This document shows positions 48,069 through 58,637 of a stretch of 64,000 bases of DNA, in pieces. The notes beneath the pieces are model-generated. The model searched no databases. It saw only the letters and a program-made list of their open reading frames with translations, and was not told the origin of the DNA. The position numbers and the translations under genes were made by a program. The DNA comes from Clostridia bacterium (lineage in GTDB: Bacteria; Bacillota; Clostridia; CAKSNL01; HGM11501). Every line of letters begins with the position of its first letter. The stretch's first letter is position 1. The stretch lies in the NCBI GenBank assembly GCA_045545475.1, contig JAZQAZ010000034.1, forward strand, positions 33,287 through 97,286, read 5' to 3'.

Positions 48069-48272
48069 ATGGCAGAGAAAAAGGGCAACATTTTCAAAAG
48101 AATCGTAAGATTTTTTAAGGACGTAAAATCTGAACTTAAGAGGGTTACCTGGCCTACAAAGAATCAGGCTGTTAAAAATACAGTTGTTGTATTGTTATTT
48201 TTAATAGTAATCGGTCTTTTCGTATTCTTGATTGACTTACTGTTCCAGGGAGTAGCAGGCTTTATCTGGTAA
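48069..48272 (+). CDS. secE: preprotein translocase subunit SecE
   Basis: VKSELKRVTWPTKNQAVKNTVVVLLFLIVIGLF signature. Confidence 0.85.
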   Translation: MAEKKGNIFKRIVRFFKDVKSELKRVTWPTKNQAVKNTVVVLLFLIVIGLFVFLIDLLFQGVAGFIW

Positions 48273-48336
48273 ATCCCGTAAAGAGAATCGAAAGGAGGCT
48301 TTGTGCGTCGCTTGAGGGCGGCTGCACAGATTTGTC

Positions 48337-48864
48337 ATGGCTGATAGTTCTCAGGCTAAATGGTATGTAGCTCATACTTATTCGGGCTACGAAAATAAAG
48401 TTAAGGACAATATCGAAAAGTCCATCGAAAATCTCGGAATGCAGGATTTGATTTTTGAAGTTAAAGTTCCCGTGGAAGAGATTGTAGAAGAAAAGGAAAA
48501 CGGCGAAAAGAAAATTGTCCAGCATAAAATTTTCCCGTCTTATGTGTTCATTAAAATGATTATTACCAATGACAGTTGGTATGTTGTCAGAAACATAAGA
48601 GGCGTAACAGGTTTCGTAGGCCCCGGAAGCGATCCCGTTCCGCTTACGGAAGACGAAATCATCCGCATGAATATAGAAAAGAAAGAAGTTAAGGTTGATT
48701 TCGCAGAAGGCGACAGCGTAATTATTACAGACGGTCCCTTCAGAGATTATGTTTGCACAGTCGATAAAATCGACATGGACAAACAGGTTGTTACCGTACT
48801 TGTTCCCATGTTTAACGGCGATACTCCCGTTGAGCTTGAGTTCGGACAGGTTGACACATTATAA
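48337..48864 (+). CDS. nusG: transcription termination/antitermination factor NusG
   Basis: KWYVAHTYSGYENKV NGN domain + C-terminal KOW (GDSVIITDGPF). Confidence 0.9.
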   Translation: MADSSQAKWYVAHTYSGYENKVKDNIEKSIENLGMQDLIFEVKVPVEEIVEEKENGEKKIVQHKIFPSYVFIKMIITNDSWYVVRNIRGVTGFVGPGSDPVPLTEDEIIRMNIEKKEVKVDFAEGDSVIITDGPFRDYVCTVDKIDMDKQVVTVLVPMFNGDTPVELEFGQVDTL

Positions 48865-48964
48865 GGTAACATTTTAAAGGTGATAAGCCGCATGCGGCTT
48901 GTTATAGTGGGAGGATGTTAAAGCATCCGCTCTTTACCACATTTTTTTAAGGAGGTGCAATTAG

Positions 48965-49390
48965 ATGGCTCAGAAAGTAGTAGGATACATTAAACTTCAG
49001 ATTCCTGCTGGTAAAGCGACTCCGGCTCCCCCCGTTGGTCCCGCTCTCGGTCCCTACGGTGTAAGCGCTCCTCAGTTTGCAAAGGAATTCAATGAGAGAA
49101 CATCAAAAGATGCAGGTCTCATCATTCCCGTTGTAATTACTGTTTACGCTGACAGAAGCTATTCCTTTATCACAAAGACTCCGCCTGCAGCAGTTCTTTT
49201 AAAGAAGGCTTGCGGACTTGAATCAGGAAGCGGCGTACCTAACAAGACAAAGGTTGCTACTGTAAAGAAAGAAGACGTAAGAAAGATCGCAGAGCAGAAG
49301 ATGCCTGACCTTAACGCGGCATCAATTGAAGCTGCAATGAGCATGGTTGCCGGAACGGCAAGAAGCATGGGCATTGTAGTAGAGGACTAA
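48965..49390 (+). CDS. rplK: 50S ribosomal protein L11
   Basis: [20 protein letters not shown] signature. Confidence 0.95.
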   Translation: MAQKVVGYIKLQIPAGKATPAPPVGPALGPYGVSAPQFAKEFNERTSKDAGLIIPVVITVYADRSYSFITKTPPAAVLLKKACGLESGSGVPNKTKVATVKKEDVRKIAEQKMPDLNAASIEAAMSMVAGTARSMGIVVED

Positions 49391-49448
49391 TCATTTAATT
49401 TAATTTTGTGGGAGAAAGCATTGACTTTCGCATGACCACAGGGAGGTT

Positions 49449-50141
49449 TTGAAATTGGGTAAAAAGTATATAGATAGTGTTAAAACTATCAACTCCGCCG
49501 AATTATATGATCCCGCTGCTGCAGTAGCTCTTGCAAAGAGCACAGCAAAGGCGAAATTCGACGAGACAATTGAGTGCCACATCAGACTTGGTGTTGACTC
49601 AAGACATGCAGATCAGCAGGTTAGAGGTGCAATCGTTCTTCCTCACGGAACAGGTAAGAAGGTTAGAGCTCTTGTTTTCGCTAAGGGCGACAAGGTTCAG
49701 GAAGCACTTGATGCAGGTGCTGATTACGCAGGCGGCGAAGAACTCGTTGCAAAGATCCAGGGCGAAAACTGGTTCGAGTTTGACGTTGTTATAGCTACTC
49801 CCGATATGATGGGTGTAGTAGGACGTATCGGTAGGGTCCTCGGTCCTAAGGGACTTATGCCCAACCCCAAGTCCGGAACAGTTACCATGGACGTGGCAAA
49901 GGCTGTTGCAGAAGTTAAGGCCGGTAAAATCGAATACCGTCTTGACAAGACCAACATCATTCACTGCCCCATCGGTAAGGCTTCATTTACTGAAGATCAG
50001 CTTAAAGAGAACTTCGACGCTCTCTTAGGTGCTGTTATTAAGGCTAAGCCCGCTGCAGCTAAAGGTCAGTATATCAAGAGCGTTGCTGTAGCAAGCACAA
50101 TGGGCCCCGGTGTAAAAATTAATCCTGCAAAAGTTGGTTAA
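49449..50141 (+). CDS. rplA: 50S ribosomal protein L1
   Basis: GKKYIDSV...[15 protein letters not shown]... typical L1. Confidence 0.95.
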   Translation: MKLGKKYIDSVKTINSAELYDPAAAVALAKSTAKAKFDETIECHIRLGVDSRHADQQVRGAIVLPHGTGKKVRALVFAKGDKVQEALDAGADYAGGEELVAKIQGENWFEFDVVIATPDMMGVVGRIGRVLGPKGLMPNPKSGTVTMDVAKAVAEVKAGKIEYRLDKTNIIHCPIGKASFTEDQLKENFDALLGAVIKAKPAAAKGQYIKSVAVASTMGPGVKINPAKVG

Positions 50142-50149
50142 TTTTTATA

Positions 50150-50312
50150 CTTGACAAAATAAGGATTATATGATATTATAATCAACGCAGTTATCCATAG
50201 ACAGCAGGCATAAAGGTAAGTCCTGCCGAGGAAGGTGCAAAAATCCATGAGATTTATGCGGCTTTGTCTATGTGACCAAGCCGCTTTTTTGCGGCTATAA
50301 ATTAAGAAGGAG
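50150..50312 (+). promoter_or_regulatory. rplJ (L10) leader region with promoter (TTGACA...TATAAT) and structured autoregulatory leader
   Basis: ttgacaaaataaggattatatgatattataat then ~120-nt structured leader with hairpin gaccaagccgcttttttgcggc before rplJ RBS; position matches L10-leader in Firmicutes. Confidence 0.5.
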
Positions 50313-50909
50313 GTGCCACATATGCCCAGTACACAGATATTGGAACAGAAGAAGCAGTTGGTAAACGAAATGGTTGAGAAGTTCAAATCAGCTTCCGCCG
50401 GCGTTTTCGTTGACTATTGCGGTCTTACTGTTGAAGAAGATACAGAACTTCGTAGAAAGTTCCGTGAAGCAGGCGTTGAGTACAAGGTTGTAAAGAATAC
50501 TCTTACTTCAAGAGCAGCTAAGGAAGTTGGCTTAGAAGCATTGGATCCTATTCTTAACGGCCCCACAGCTCTCGCTATGAGCGTTGATAATCCCGTTGCT
50601 CCTGCAAAGATTATCGCAGAATTCGCTAAGAAGCACGAAGCACTTGAGGTTAAGGCAGGTTTCATGGATGGTGCAGTTATGTCCATTGATGAAGTAAATG
50701 TACTTGCTGCTACACCTACAAGAGAAGAACTCTTAGCAAAGATGATGGGAAGCATGAAGTCTCCTATTTCCGGCCTCGTAAGATTGCTTAATACAATCGT
50801 TGAAGGTGGAGTAGAGATGGTTGATCTCGCAGCTAATAAGGCTGCAGAAGCTGCTCCCGCAGAAGAAGCTACTGAAGCTCCCGCAGAGGAAGCTCCCGCA
50901 GCTGAATAA
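50313..50909 (+). CDS. rplJ: 50S ribosomal protein L10
   Basis: typical L10 sequence; Ala/Glu-rich tail. Confidence 0.9.
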   Translation: MPHMPSTQILEQKKQLVNEMVEKFKSASAGVFVDYCGLTVEEDTELRRKFREAGVEYKVVKNTLTSRAAKEVGLEALDPILNGPTALAMSVDNPVAPAKIIAEFAKKHEALEVKAGFMDGAVMSIDEVNVLAATPTREELLAKMMGSMKSPISGLVRLLNTIVEGGVEMVDLAANKAAEAAPAEEATEAPAEEAPAAE

Positions 50910-50965
50910 TTCCAGGCAATATTAAAAAGAAAAAAATAAAATTTTATAAACGGAGGTATATTAAA

Positions 50966-51337
50966 ATGGCAGATTTAAATCAGATCTTAGATTCCATTAA
51001 GGAATTAAAGTTATTAGAAGTTGCTGAACTCGTTAAGATGATGGAAGAGGAGTTCGGTGTTAGCGCAGCAGCTGCAGTAGTAGCAGCAGCTCCCGGTGCA
51101 GTAGCAGGTGCAGCTGCAGAAGAAAAGACAGATTTCGACGTAGTTCTTACAGAAGCAGGTGCAAACAAGCTTGCTGTTGTTAAGCTCGTTAAGGAAATCA
51201 CAGGTCTTGGTCTTAAGGAAGCTAAGGACGCTGTTGACAACGCTCCTTCTACCCTTAAGGAAGGCATCGGCAAGGAAGATGCTGAAAAGTATAAGGCTCA
51301 GCTTGAAGAAGCTGGTGCAAAGGTTGAACTTAAGTAA
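50966..51337 (+). CDS. rplL: 50S ribosomal protein L7/L12
   Basis: [32 protein letters not shown]... [21 protein letters not shown]. Confidence 0.95.
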   Translation: MADLNQILDSIKELKLLEVAELVKMMEEEFGVSAAAAVVAAAPGAVAGAAAEEKTDFDVVLTEAGANKLAVVKLVKEITGLGLKEAKDAVDNAPSTLKEGIGKEDAEKYKAQLEEAGAKVELK

Positions 51338-51349
51338 TTTTGTTCATGT

Positions 51350-51388
51350 GAAAATCCGTCTGCATCTGCAGGCGGATTTTTGTTTTTT
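51350..51388 (+). terminator. rho-independent terminator after rplL
   Basis: aaaatccgtctgcatctgcaggcggatttttgttttttt. Confidence 0.75.
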
Positions 51389-51459
51389 TGGGATAATATG
51401 TATTGACAAAATAAGACAATTAAAGTATAATGAAACAAAATATATAGGAGGAATGAAAA

Positions 51460-51846
51460 ATGTTTTGTAAAAACTGTGGCGAAAGCATCAATGAAAATCA
51501 GGCAATTTGTGTTAAATGTGGCGTTAAAGTAGGAGATGGTTCTACATTTTGTGCTAACTGCGGGCAGACCGTGAATGGCGATGCAGACGTTTGTATGAAC
51601 TGTGGCGTCGCTATTAAAAAGGCTGCGGGCGGAAATCTCAACGGTCAGGATAAGGTTACAATGATTATCGTTTGCTTATTCCTCGGCGGTCTTGGTATAC
51701 ACAACTTTATGATGGGCGAAAGCAAGAAGGGCGTATTTAAGATAATAATGTCATTTTTGTGTGGCATCGGCGGTATCCTTGCTCTTATTGACCTTGTCAA
51801 AATTGCAATGGGTACTTACGTTGTAGATCCCACAAAGCTTGTTTGA
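51460..51846 (+). CDS. zinc-ribbon + TM2-domain membrane protein
   Basis: Three CxxC pairs (CKNCG...CVKCG...CANCG...CMNCG) then two TM helices. Confidence 0.5.
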   Translation: MFCKNCGESINENQAICVKCGVKVGDGSTFCANCGQTVNGDADVCMNCGVAIKKAAGGNLNGQDKVTMIIVCLFLGGLGIHNFMMGESKKGVFKIIMSFLCGIGGILALIDLVKIAMGTYVVDPTKLV

Positions 51847-52118
51847 TTTAGACTCGCTTCAAAAATGTGGATGTAGGAAATGTCGGTAGTGACTTACTGA
51901 TTCGTATTTACAATGTAAAAAAATGCAGGCACAACGTGTCTGCGTTTTTTTTGTGTTTTGCAGAGGCGAAATTACGACATGGAGTAAATGAGATTTTGAG
52001 ATGTTTTGCCTGACAATGCAAATGTTAAAAATTTCACAAAAATGCAAAAATATATTGAAATGCAGCTTTTCATATGTTATAATTTAGAAAAGATGATTTT
52101 TTTATATCGGAGAAACAG

Positions 52119-53417
52119 ATGAAAATAATAGTTACAGAGCTTATGAAAAAGTTAATACTGTTTATCCTGCTGCTTGGTTTTTTGTGGTTAGCTCTGGTAG
52201 GTGCTTGCACCATCCCCAATGAAAAAATCAGAGAAAATATGGAAAAAAGTGCACTTTACTATAAAAATACCGAGGCATTTTCTTATAAAAACGGTGAGAA
52301 GCTTAATGCCGTTTCCGACAATTATGCCGACAGTATACTTCTTAATCTGAGCTATAATATGGGGCGTGGTACATGCTTAAGGGCGAGTCTTGATACTGCA
52401 TATTATGCTGGAGAAGAAGGGCTTAATCTGGCACTTTACCGTACGGTACATGAGGATGTATTGCCTGATACAGCTTATACAAGATACTGGCACGGAACTG
52501 CGATGGTTGTACGATTTATGCATCTTTTTACCGATATTTCCGGGATAAAAACGGCAGGAATAATAAAGGTTATAATTTTTCTTTTTATAAATCTTTTTGT
52601 TCTAATAAAAAGGAAAAATTATGTAACTGCACTTTCTCTTTCGTTTGCAGCAGTTTTTATCCATATATGGAATGTGGGGCTTTCTCTTGAATATCAGAGT
52701 AGTTTTGTTATAGGTTTTCTTATGTGCATTCTGTTTCTTCAGGCAGAGCGGAAAAAGGAAAAAGCCTTATCATATATAGCACTTGCAGGTGGCGTTTTGG
52801 TTGCGTTTTTTGACTTTCTTACAACAGAAACCGTTGCGATTTTACTTCCGCTTATTCTTGTAACATCCGCAAGGCTGGAAGAAGGAAGGCTTAACGATAT
52901 TGAAAAATACGGAAAAACTCTTATAAACTGCGTCATATCCTATGCATCAGGCTATGCTCTTACATTTATTTCAAAGTGGGTTCTGGTAGGAGTTTTTACC
53001 GGAATGAACAGATTTTCAGAGGTTTTTTCTAAATCGCAGGCACTTTTTGAGAAAAGCGGTGAGACGGCAAACAATATATTTATCCGCATGATAAATGCAG
53101 TCGCGGCAAATTTTACAGTACTTTTTGGAGGGATTTATCGTATAGATTATTTTCTGGTGTTTATATACTTTGTCGTTATTTCTGTGTTGATATTATCTCT
53201 TTTATATCTTTTTGGAAAGAAGCGTAAAATAAATGGCTTGTTTCTTCTTCCTCTCTTAGGTGCAATAGTAATTTTGAGATACATTGCTTTGCCGGGGCAT
53301 TCCTATATGCATAATTTCTTTACATACAGAGCACTTATCTCAACACTTACGGCAATTTTTGCGACAACCGGAATCAGCATAACTTCAAGGCGGGTGAAAA
53401 AGAATGGAAAAGCTTGA
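52119..53417 (+). CDS. polytopic membrane protein, possibly GT-C-type glycosyltransferase (operonic with GT2)
   Basis: 432 aa, ~10 TM helices, overlaps downstream GT2 gene. Confidence 0.45.
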   Translation: MKIIVTELMKKLILFILLLGFLWLALVGACTIPNEKIRENMEKSALYYKNTEAFSYKNGEKLNAVSDNYADSILLNLSYNMGRGTCLRASLDTAYYAGEEGLNLALYRTVHEDVLPDTAYTRYWHGTAMVVRFMHLFTDISGIKTAGIIKVIIFLFINLFVLIKRKNYVTALSLSFAAVFIHIWNVGLSLEYQSSFVIGFLMCILFLQAERKKEKALSYIALAGGVLVAFFDFLTTETVAILLPLILVTSARLEEGRLNDIEKYGKTLINCVISYASGYALTFISKWVLVGVFTGMNRFSEVFSKSQALFEKSGETANNIFIRMINAVAANFTVLFGGIYRIDYFLVFIYFVVISVLILSLLYLFGKKRKINGLFLLPLLGAIVILRYIALPGHSYMHNFFTYRALISTLTAIFATTGISITSRRVKKNGKA

Positions 53418-54084
53418 ATTTACCATACTGATGCCCTGCCTGAACGAGGAAAAGTCCATAGGCTTCTGCATAAACGAAGCGAAAGAATATATAGAGAAAA
53501 ACAGCCTTTCGGCAGAAATTTTAATTGCGGATAACAAAAGCAGCGATTCTTCAAGAGAAATTGCTGAAAGTCTTGGAGCACGAGTGGTTATTTGTGAAGA
53601 TAAGGGCTACGGAAATACGCTTCGCAAAGGAATAAGAGAAGCAAAAGGAAAATACATAATAATGGGCGATTCCGACGGAAGCTATGATTTTTCCAATCTT
53701 TCGCCCTTCTGCGAAAAACTTCGTGAAGGCTATGACCTTGTAATGGGAAATCGGTTTTCCGGTAAAATAGAAAAAGGGGCAATGCCGTTTTTGCACAAAA
53801 TCGGAGTTCCTGCTCTTTCTCTTCTCGGAAGGCTTCGCTACGGCGTCAAAACAGGCGATTTTCATTCAGGGCTTCGGGGCTTTTTGAGAGAAGCTGCCAT
53901 GAAAATGGAATTTAAGGCTACGGGAATGGAATTTGCTACTGAAATAATCGGAAAATTTGCGGAAAAAAACAAAAAAATGTGTGAAGTGCCAATAAATTTA
54001 CGGTGCGACAAACGGGACGGAAAATCTCATATAAGAACATTCCGCGACGGATTAAGACACGTTTTTTTGATATTAAATAAGTAA
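53404..54084 (+). CDS. family 2 glycosyltransferase (polyprenol-phosphate sugar synthase-like, DPM1/ArnC type)
   Basis: FTILMPCLNEEKSI...ADNKSSD...MGDSDGS (DxD) motifs. Confidence 0.82.
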   Translation: MEKLEFTILMPCLNEEKSIGFCINEAKEYIEKNSLSAEILIADNKSSDSSREIAESLGARVVICEDKGYGNTLRKGIREAKGKYIIMGDSDGSYDFSNLSPFCEKLREGYDLVMGNRFSGKIEKGAMPFLHKIGVPALSLLGRLRYGVKTGDFHSGLRGFLREAAMKMEFKATGMEFATEIIGKFAEKNKKMCEVPINLRCDKRDGKSHIRTFRDGLRHVFLILNK

Positions 54085-54107
54085 TCAATTTAAAAGGAGG
54101 ACAATAT

Positions 54108-55946
54108 ATGAAGAAAAAATTAAAGGGGCTCATTTCAATCTATCTTGCGGTGATTATGGCTTTATCTATGGCACTTTCAGCCTTTGCGGCAAATCCCGCA
54201 ATGCTTTATACGGGTGATGAGGCAATAGAAGTTAATGATAACAAAGACCACAGCGAGTTTGATGAAATCAATATAAATTTCAGTAAGAAGCTTAATAAAC
54301 AGATAGATGTGACTGTTCCCGACAATCATGAGCATACAGGCTGGAAAATCTGGGGAGCAAATGAATCCGGCGGTCTTAACTTCTACGAAGAACCTGACGA
54401 GGTTGATGTTGATTTTACGGTTACCGAAGATTATTATAATGAAATTGTTGACTTCGGTTATCTTTTGGTTATCGAGCCTGTGTTTACAGAAAAACACGAT
54501 CATTCTTACATCTATGAAGCAGACGGTGCGATCCTCACTGAAAGCTATGACTGCGGCTGTACGGGACATACAGAAACTGCTGAAATTGCAGCACCCGACG
54601 ACCTCGTTTATAACGGAAAAGCGAAAAAGGCGACGGTTTCCTATTCCGACAACTGGCAGGGCGGGAAGCTTGAAATCACCTATGCTCCTTCCGATATTAT
54701 AAATTGCGGAAGCATAGAAGCAAGCATTGAAAAAGATGGAGAAGTTGCAAGTATAACTTATGAAATTGCGGAAAAGCCCGTTGATGAAGAAATTGACCTT
54801 GCAAAGCCTAAGGCGAACAGGACTCCTGTGACAGAGCTTGAAACAGATGAATACAATGCTACGGTTTCCTGGGAGGCGGACGATGAAAGGTTTGGATACG
54901 AAACTGTTTATACGGCAACCATTGAAATAACTGCAAAGGCAAACTATACCACAGAGGGGGTAGAATTTACCGTTCCCGGTGCGGATGAAGTTTCGCAGGC
55001 GGGAGATACCGTTACAGCGGTATTCCCCAAGACAGGTAAGAAACATACCGGAAGCAGCGGAGGAGATACAGGGTCCAGAACATACAATGTACAGTTTGAA
55101 TCAAATGGCGGTAGCTATGTTAAAATTCAGAGCGTTGAAGAAGGAAAAAAGCTTATAGAGCCTGAAGAACCCACTAAGGACGGAGCTGAATTTGCAGGCT
55201 GGTATAAAGATACTGAACTTGCCGAAGAATATGATTTTGATGAAAAGGTAACGAAGGGCTTCACTCTCTATGCTGCCTGGACAGAAGATGAGGAAGATGT
55301 AACCGGCAAAGATGAAAAGGATAAAACCGACGGAAATGGCAAGGAAAGTGCAGACTCAACCGGTGGCGGAGATGACGAATGTGCGAGAAATATTGAATGT
55401 CCTATCACTCCTTTCAAGGACGGAAATCCGAAGGCCTGGTATCATGACGGTGTTCACTATTGTCTTGATAAAGAGTATATGATAGGTTGCGGGGATGACA
55501 TGTTTTATCCCAACGCTACACTTACCCGTGCGATGATTGTTACTATTCTCTGGAGAATAGACGGAGAAACAGAGGCGGAATATGAGCTTGAGTTTGCTGA
55601 CGTAAGTGAAGATGCGTACTATTATGTACCAGTTAAGTGGGCAAGTGCTGAGGGGATTGTTGCAGAGAGTGAAAATTTCAGACCCGACGAAGTGATTACA
55701 AGAGAAGAGTTTGCCGTGATGCTTTACAATTATGCAAAGTATAAGGGTATGGATATGACTGCGGGTGAAAATACCAATATTCTCTCCTACGAAGATTTTG
55801 ATAAGGTTTCTGAAGAAGCAATTCCCGCAATGCAGTTTGTGACATCAACAAAAGTTGTAATAGGTAAAACTTCTACTACATTAAATCCCAAGGATACTAT
55901 TACAAGAGCAGAATTTGCTGAAATGATATATAGATTTTTAGGATAA
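54108..55946 (+). CDS. cell-surface protein with C-terminal triple S-layer-homology (SLH) domains
   Basis: Signal peptide; three C-terminal repeats of SLH type (FYPNATLTRAMIVTILWR; FADVSEDAYYYVPVKWASAEGIV...ITREEFAVMLYNYAK; ...ITRAEFAEMIYRFLG). Confidence 0.7.
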   Translation: MKKKLKGLISIYLAVIMALSMALSAFAANPAMLYTGDEAIEVNDNKDHSEFDEININFSKKLNKQIDVTVPDNHEHTGWKIWGANESGGLNFYEEPDEVDVDFTVTEDYYNEIVDFGYLLVIEPVFTEKHDHSYIYEADGAILTESYDCGCTGHTETAEIAAPDDLVYNGKAKKATVSYSDNWQGGKLEITYAPSDIINCGSIEASIEKDGEVASITYEIAEKPVDEEIDLAKPKANRTPVTELETDEYNATVSWEADDERFGYETVYTATIEITAKANYTTEGVEFTVPGADEVSQAGDTVTAVFPKTGKKHTGSSGGDTGSRTYNVQFESNGGSYVKIQSVEEGKKLIEPEEPTKDGAEFAGWYKDTELAEEYDFDEKVTKGFTLYAAWTEDEEDVTGKDEKDKTDGNGKESADSTGGGDDECARNIECPITPFKDGNPKAWYHDGVHYCLDKEYMIGCGDDMFYPNATLTRAMIVTILWRIDGETEAEYELEFADVSEDAYYYVPVKWASAEGIVAESENFRPDEVITREEFAVMLYNYAKYKGMDMTAGENTNILSYEDFDKVSEEAIPAMQFVTSTKVVIGKTSTTLNPKDTITRAEFAEMIYRFLG

Positions 55947-56157
55947 ATTTATATTTCTGCGGGAGAGGAATCGGTAATACTTGACATTCTGCGGATACTT
56001 ATACTATTGATACAGAGTAATAAAAAAGAGTAACAGCAACGCTGTTACTCTTTTTCGTAAAATGAAAAAAGGGCTATGCAATTTGACAAATGGCAATAAT
56101 ATATGGTAAAATTATATAAGGTGGGTATTTTGGCTGAAGCAAAAGGAGAGTGGCGGA

Positions 56158-56718
56158 ATGGAGCTTAATATTTTGGGCATATATCTTATCGGTATGTTAA
56201 TTGTCTTATCTCTTGCAATTATTGCAGGGGCAGTTTTTATTATCATAAAGGCGATAAAGGCGAAATCCACAGGTAGCAGAATGGTGCTGCTTTCTATATT
56301 TCCCGCTCTTGTAATTCAGGCACTTTCCTGGATTTTCAATATCGGGTGGATGAGATTTGGTCTTACCTTCTCGGGTTATCCCTTCATTCACGCCGTACTT
56401 TTTATAATTGCAAGTATTATAGCATCACCCTATTGGGATAAGTCAAAGAAAATAAGAGTAATGAATGTTCTGTTTTTTGTTTCCTATATTATGACATATA
56501 TTTTTCTTCCGGATGTATCCGATGACGGAACGTGGTATTTTCTGTTTTTCAGTGTAAGGAGCAACTGGCTTTCGCTTATTGCGGGAGTAATAGCTTCTGT
56601 TTCAGCAACAGGGAATTTTGTGCTGTTCATACTTCAGCTTGTCGGGATAAGAGAACTCAAGTCGGAAGAAAGCAGAAAAGTTCAGTCTATACATACTGAA
56701 AACAGCATTGAAGAATGA
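56158..56718 (+). CDS. polytopic membrane protein, unknown
   Basis: 186 aa, 5-6 TM. Confidence 0.4.
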   Translation: MELNILGIYLIGMLIVLSLAIIAGAVFIIIKAIKAKSTGSRMVLLSIFPALVIQALSWIFNIGWMRFGLTFSGYPFIHAVLFIIASIIASPYWDKSKKIRVMNVLFFVSYIMTYIFLPDVSDDGTWYFLFFSVRSNWLSLIAGVIASVSATGNFVLFILQLVGIRELKSEESRKVQSIHTENSIEE

Positions 56719-56749
56719 CGGAAAATATCAAATCGAAAGAGGGACAGCA

Positions 56750-57988
56750 ATGAAAGGTACTTTTGAAGAAAGAAATGAAAATATCTGCGGAATGGAATCA
56801 CTCCGTGAGCTTTATAAGGTGGGAAGAGGGCCGTCAAGCTCCCATACAATAGGACCTGAGCGCGCCTGCCGGGAGATGGCGGAAAAATATCCCGATGCTG
56901 ACGGCTTCAAGGCTGTTTTATACGGCTCCCTGGCAAAAACGGGAAAGGGGCACTGTACGGATGAGGTCATTAAAAAGACCTTTTTGCCAAAGGGGTGTAC
57001 TGTTGAGTTTAATCTTACAGAATCGGAATTGCCCCACCCTAATACTATGGATATTTTTGCATTAAAAAGAGAAGAAATAATCGGAAAAGCCCGCATTTTA
57101 AGCGTTGGCGGCGGAAGTATTGTCTTTGACGGAAAAGAAGAGGCACGCCCCGAAAGAATATATAAACACACGAAGTTTTCCGACATTTCAGCATACTGCG
57201 AAAAGGAAAATATCGAGCTCTGGGAATATGTTTTTTCTGTGGAGGGGGAAGAGTTTTACGACTATTTAGCCCATATATGGGAAACAATGAAAAACTCAAT
57301 AAATAGAGGTCTTGCCGACGAAGGAATATTGCCCGGAGGACTTGATGTCCATAAAAAGGCGAAGACACTTTTCTTAAGTCAGCATATTGATGAAAGCAGT
57401 GAAACCAGGGAAAACCGTATGGTTTGTGCCTATGCCTTCGCTGTGGGAGAGCAGAATGCCTCGGGTGAAACAATTGTAACTGCACCCACCTGCGGAGCGG
57501 CAGGAGTGCTTCCTTCGGTGCTTTACTATGAACAGAAAAAGCATCGCTTTTCGGATGATGCTGTAATAAAGGCTCTTGCGACGGCAGGGCTTATCGGAAA
57601 TCTTATAAAAACCAACGCCTCTATTTCGGGTGCGGAATGTGGCTGTCAGGCAGAAATAGGAAGTGCCTGTGCCATGGCAAGTGCGGCTCTTGCATCGCTT
57701 TTCTCCCTTTCAATAGATAAGATAGAGTATGCCGCTGAAATTGCCATAGAGCACCATTTGGGGCTTACCTGCGATCCTATATGCGGTCTTGTGCAGATTC
57801 CCTGCATCGAGCGTAATGCCGTTGCGGCAATGAGAGCAATAAATGCGGTAAATCTTTCGAGTTTTTTATGGAATACAAGAAAAATTTCCTTTGACAAGGT
57901 GGTAAAAACCATGAAGGAAACCGGACTTGATATGCATTCGGCGTACAAGGAAACCTCTGAGGGCGGGCTTGCAAAGATTGATGTGTGA
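56750..57988 (+). CDS. sdaA: L-serine dehydratase, iron-sulfur-dependent (fused beta/alpha)
   Basis: Start trimmed to MKGTF (RBS GAGGGA); GPSSSHTIGP motif; Cys residues for 4Fe-4S. Confidence 0.82.
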   Translation: MKGTFEERNENICGMESLRELYKVGRGPSSSHTIGPERACREMAEKYPDADGFKAVLYGSLAKTGKGHCTDEVIKKTFLPKGCTVEFNLTESELPHPNTMDIFALKREEIIGKARILSVGGGSIVFDGKEEARPERIYKHTKFSDISAYCEKENIELWEYVFSVEGEEFYDYLAHIWETMKNSINRGLADEGILPGGLDVHKKAKTLFLSQHIDESSETRENRMVCAYAFAVGEQNASGETIVTAPTCGAAGVLPSVLYYEQKKHRFSDDAVIKALATAGLIGNLIKTNASISGAECGCQAEIGSACAMASAALASLFSLSIDKIEYAAEIAIEHHLGLTCDPICGLVQIPCIERNAVAAMRAINAVNLSSFLWNTRKISFDKVVKTMKETGLDMHSAYKETSEGGLAKIDV

Positions 57989-57998
57989 GGAGGCAAAT

Positions 57999-58637
57999 AT
58001 GACAACTTTTGTTATAATAAGACACGGATTGAGTGTGACAAATAAGGGAAGCAGGTTTACAGGGCAGATGGATGTGCCTCTTGCCGAGGAGGGAGTTATT
58101 CAGGCGAAGGAAACCGGACGCTACATAAAGGAAAACTTTAAGATTGATTCGGTATATTCGAGCGACCTTTGCCGTGCAGTGGAAACTGCACGGCCCGCCG
58201 CAGAAGCTTTTGGACTTTCCATACAAAAAAGACCGGATTTAAGGGAAATGAATGTGGGCTTATGGCAGGGAAGGACACTTTCGGATATTGAAAAGGAAGA
58301 GCCGGAAGCATATGGAAGGTGGATAAAGGATATACCCTCATTTGGCTTTCCGGGAGGCGAAAGCCATAAGGATATGGCGATACGGGCAAAAAAAGCCTTT
58401 GATGAAATGGCCAGAGAGAATGAAGGAAAAACAGTCCTTGTTGCAACCCACGGCGGACTTATAAGGAATATTCTCTGCACATTTACCGATAAAGGTATCG
58501 AAGGCATAAAAGATACCCCCAGGCTTTTAAATGCTTCTGTTACGGTGATGAAATACGATAACGGAAAAGCAGAATTTGTTTCTGTGGGAAAAACCGACCA
58601 CCTTACAGAGAATGCATACAATATAAAAGGAGAATGA
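57999..58637 (+). CDS. histidine phosphatase family protein
   Basis: Start trimmed to MTTFVIIRHGLSVTNKGSRFTG (RBS GAGGAGG); RHG motif. Confidence 0.75.
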   Translation: MTTFVIIRHGLSVTNKGSRFTGQMDVPLAEEGVIQAKETGRYIKENFKIDSVYSSDLCRAVETARPAAEAFGLSIQKRPDLREMNVGLWQGRTLSDIEKEEPEAYGRWIKDIPSFGFPGGESHKDMAIRAKKAFDEMARENEGKTVLVATHGGLIRNILCTFTDKGIEGIKDTPRLLNASVTVMKYDNGKAEFVSVGKTDHLTENAYNIKGE

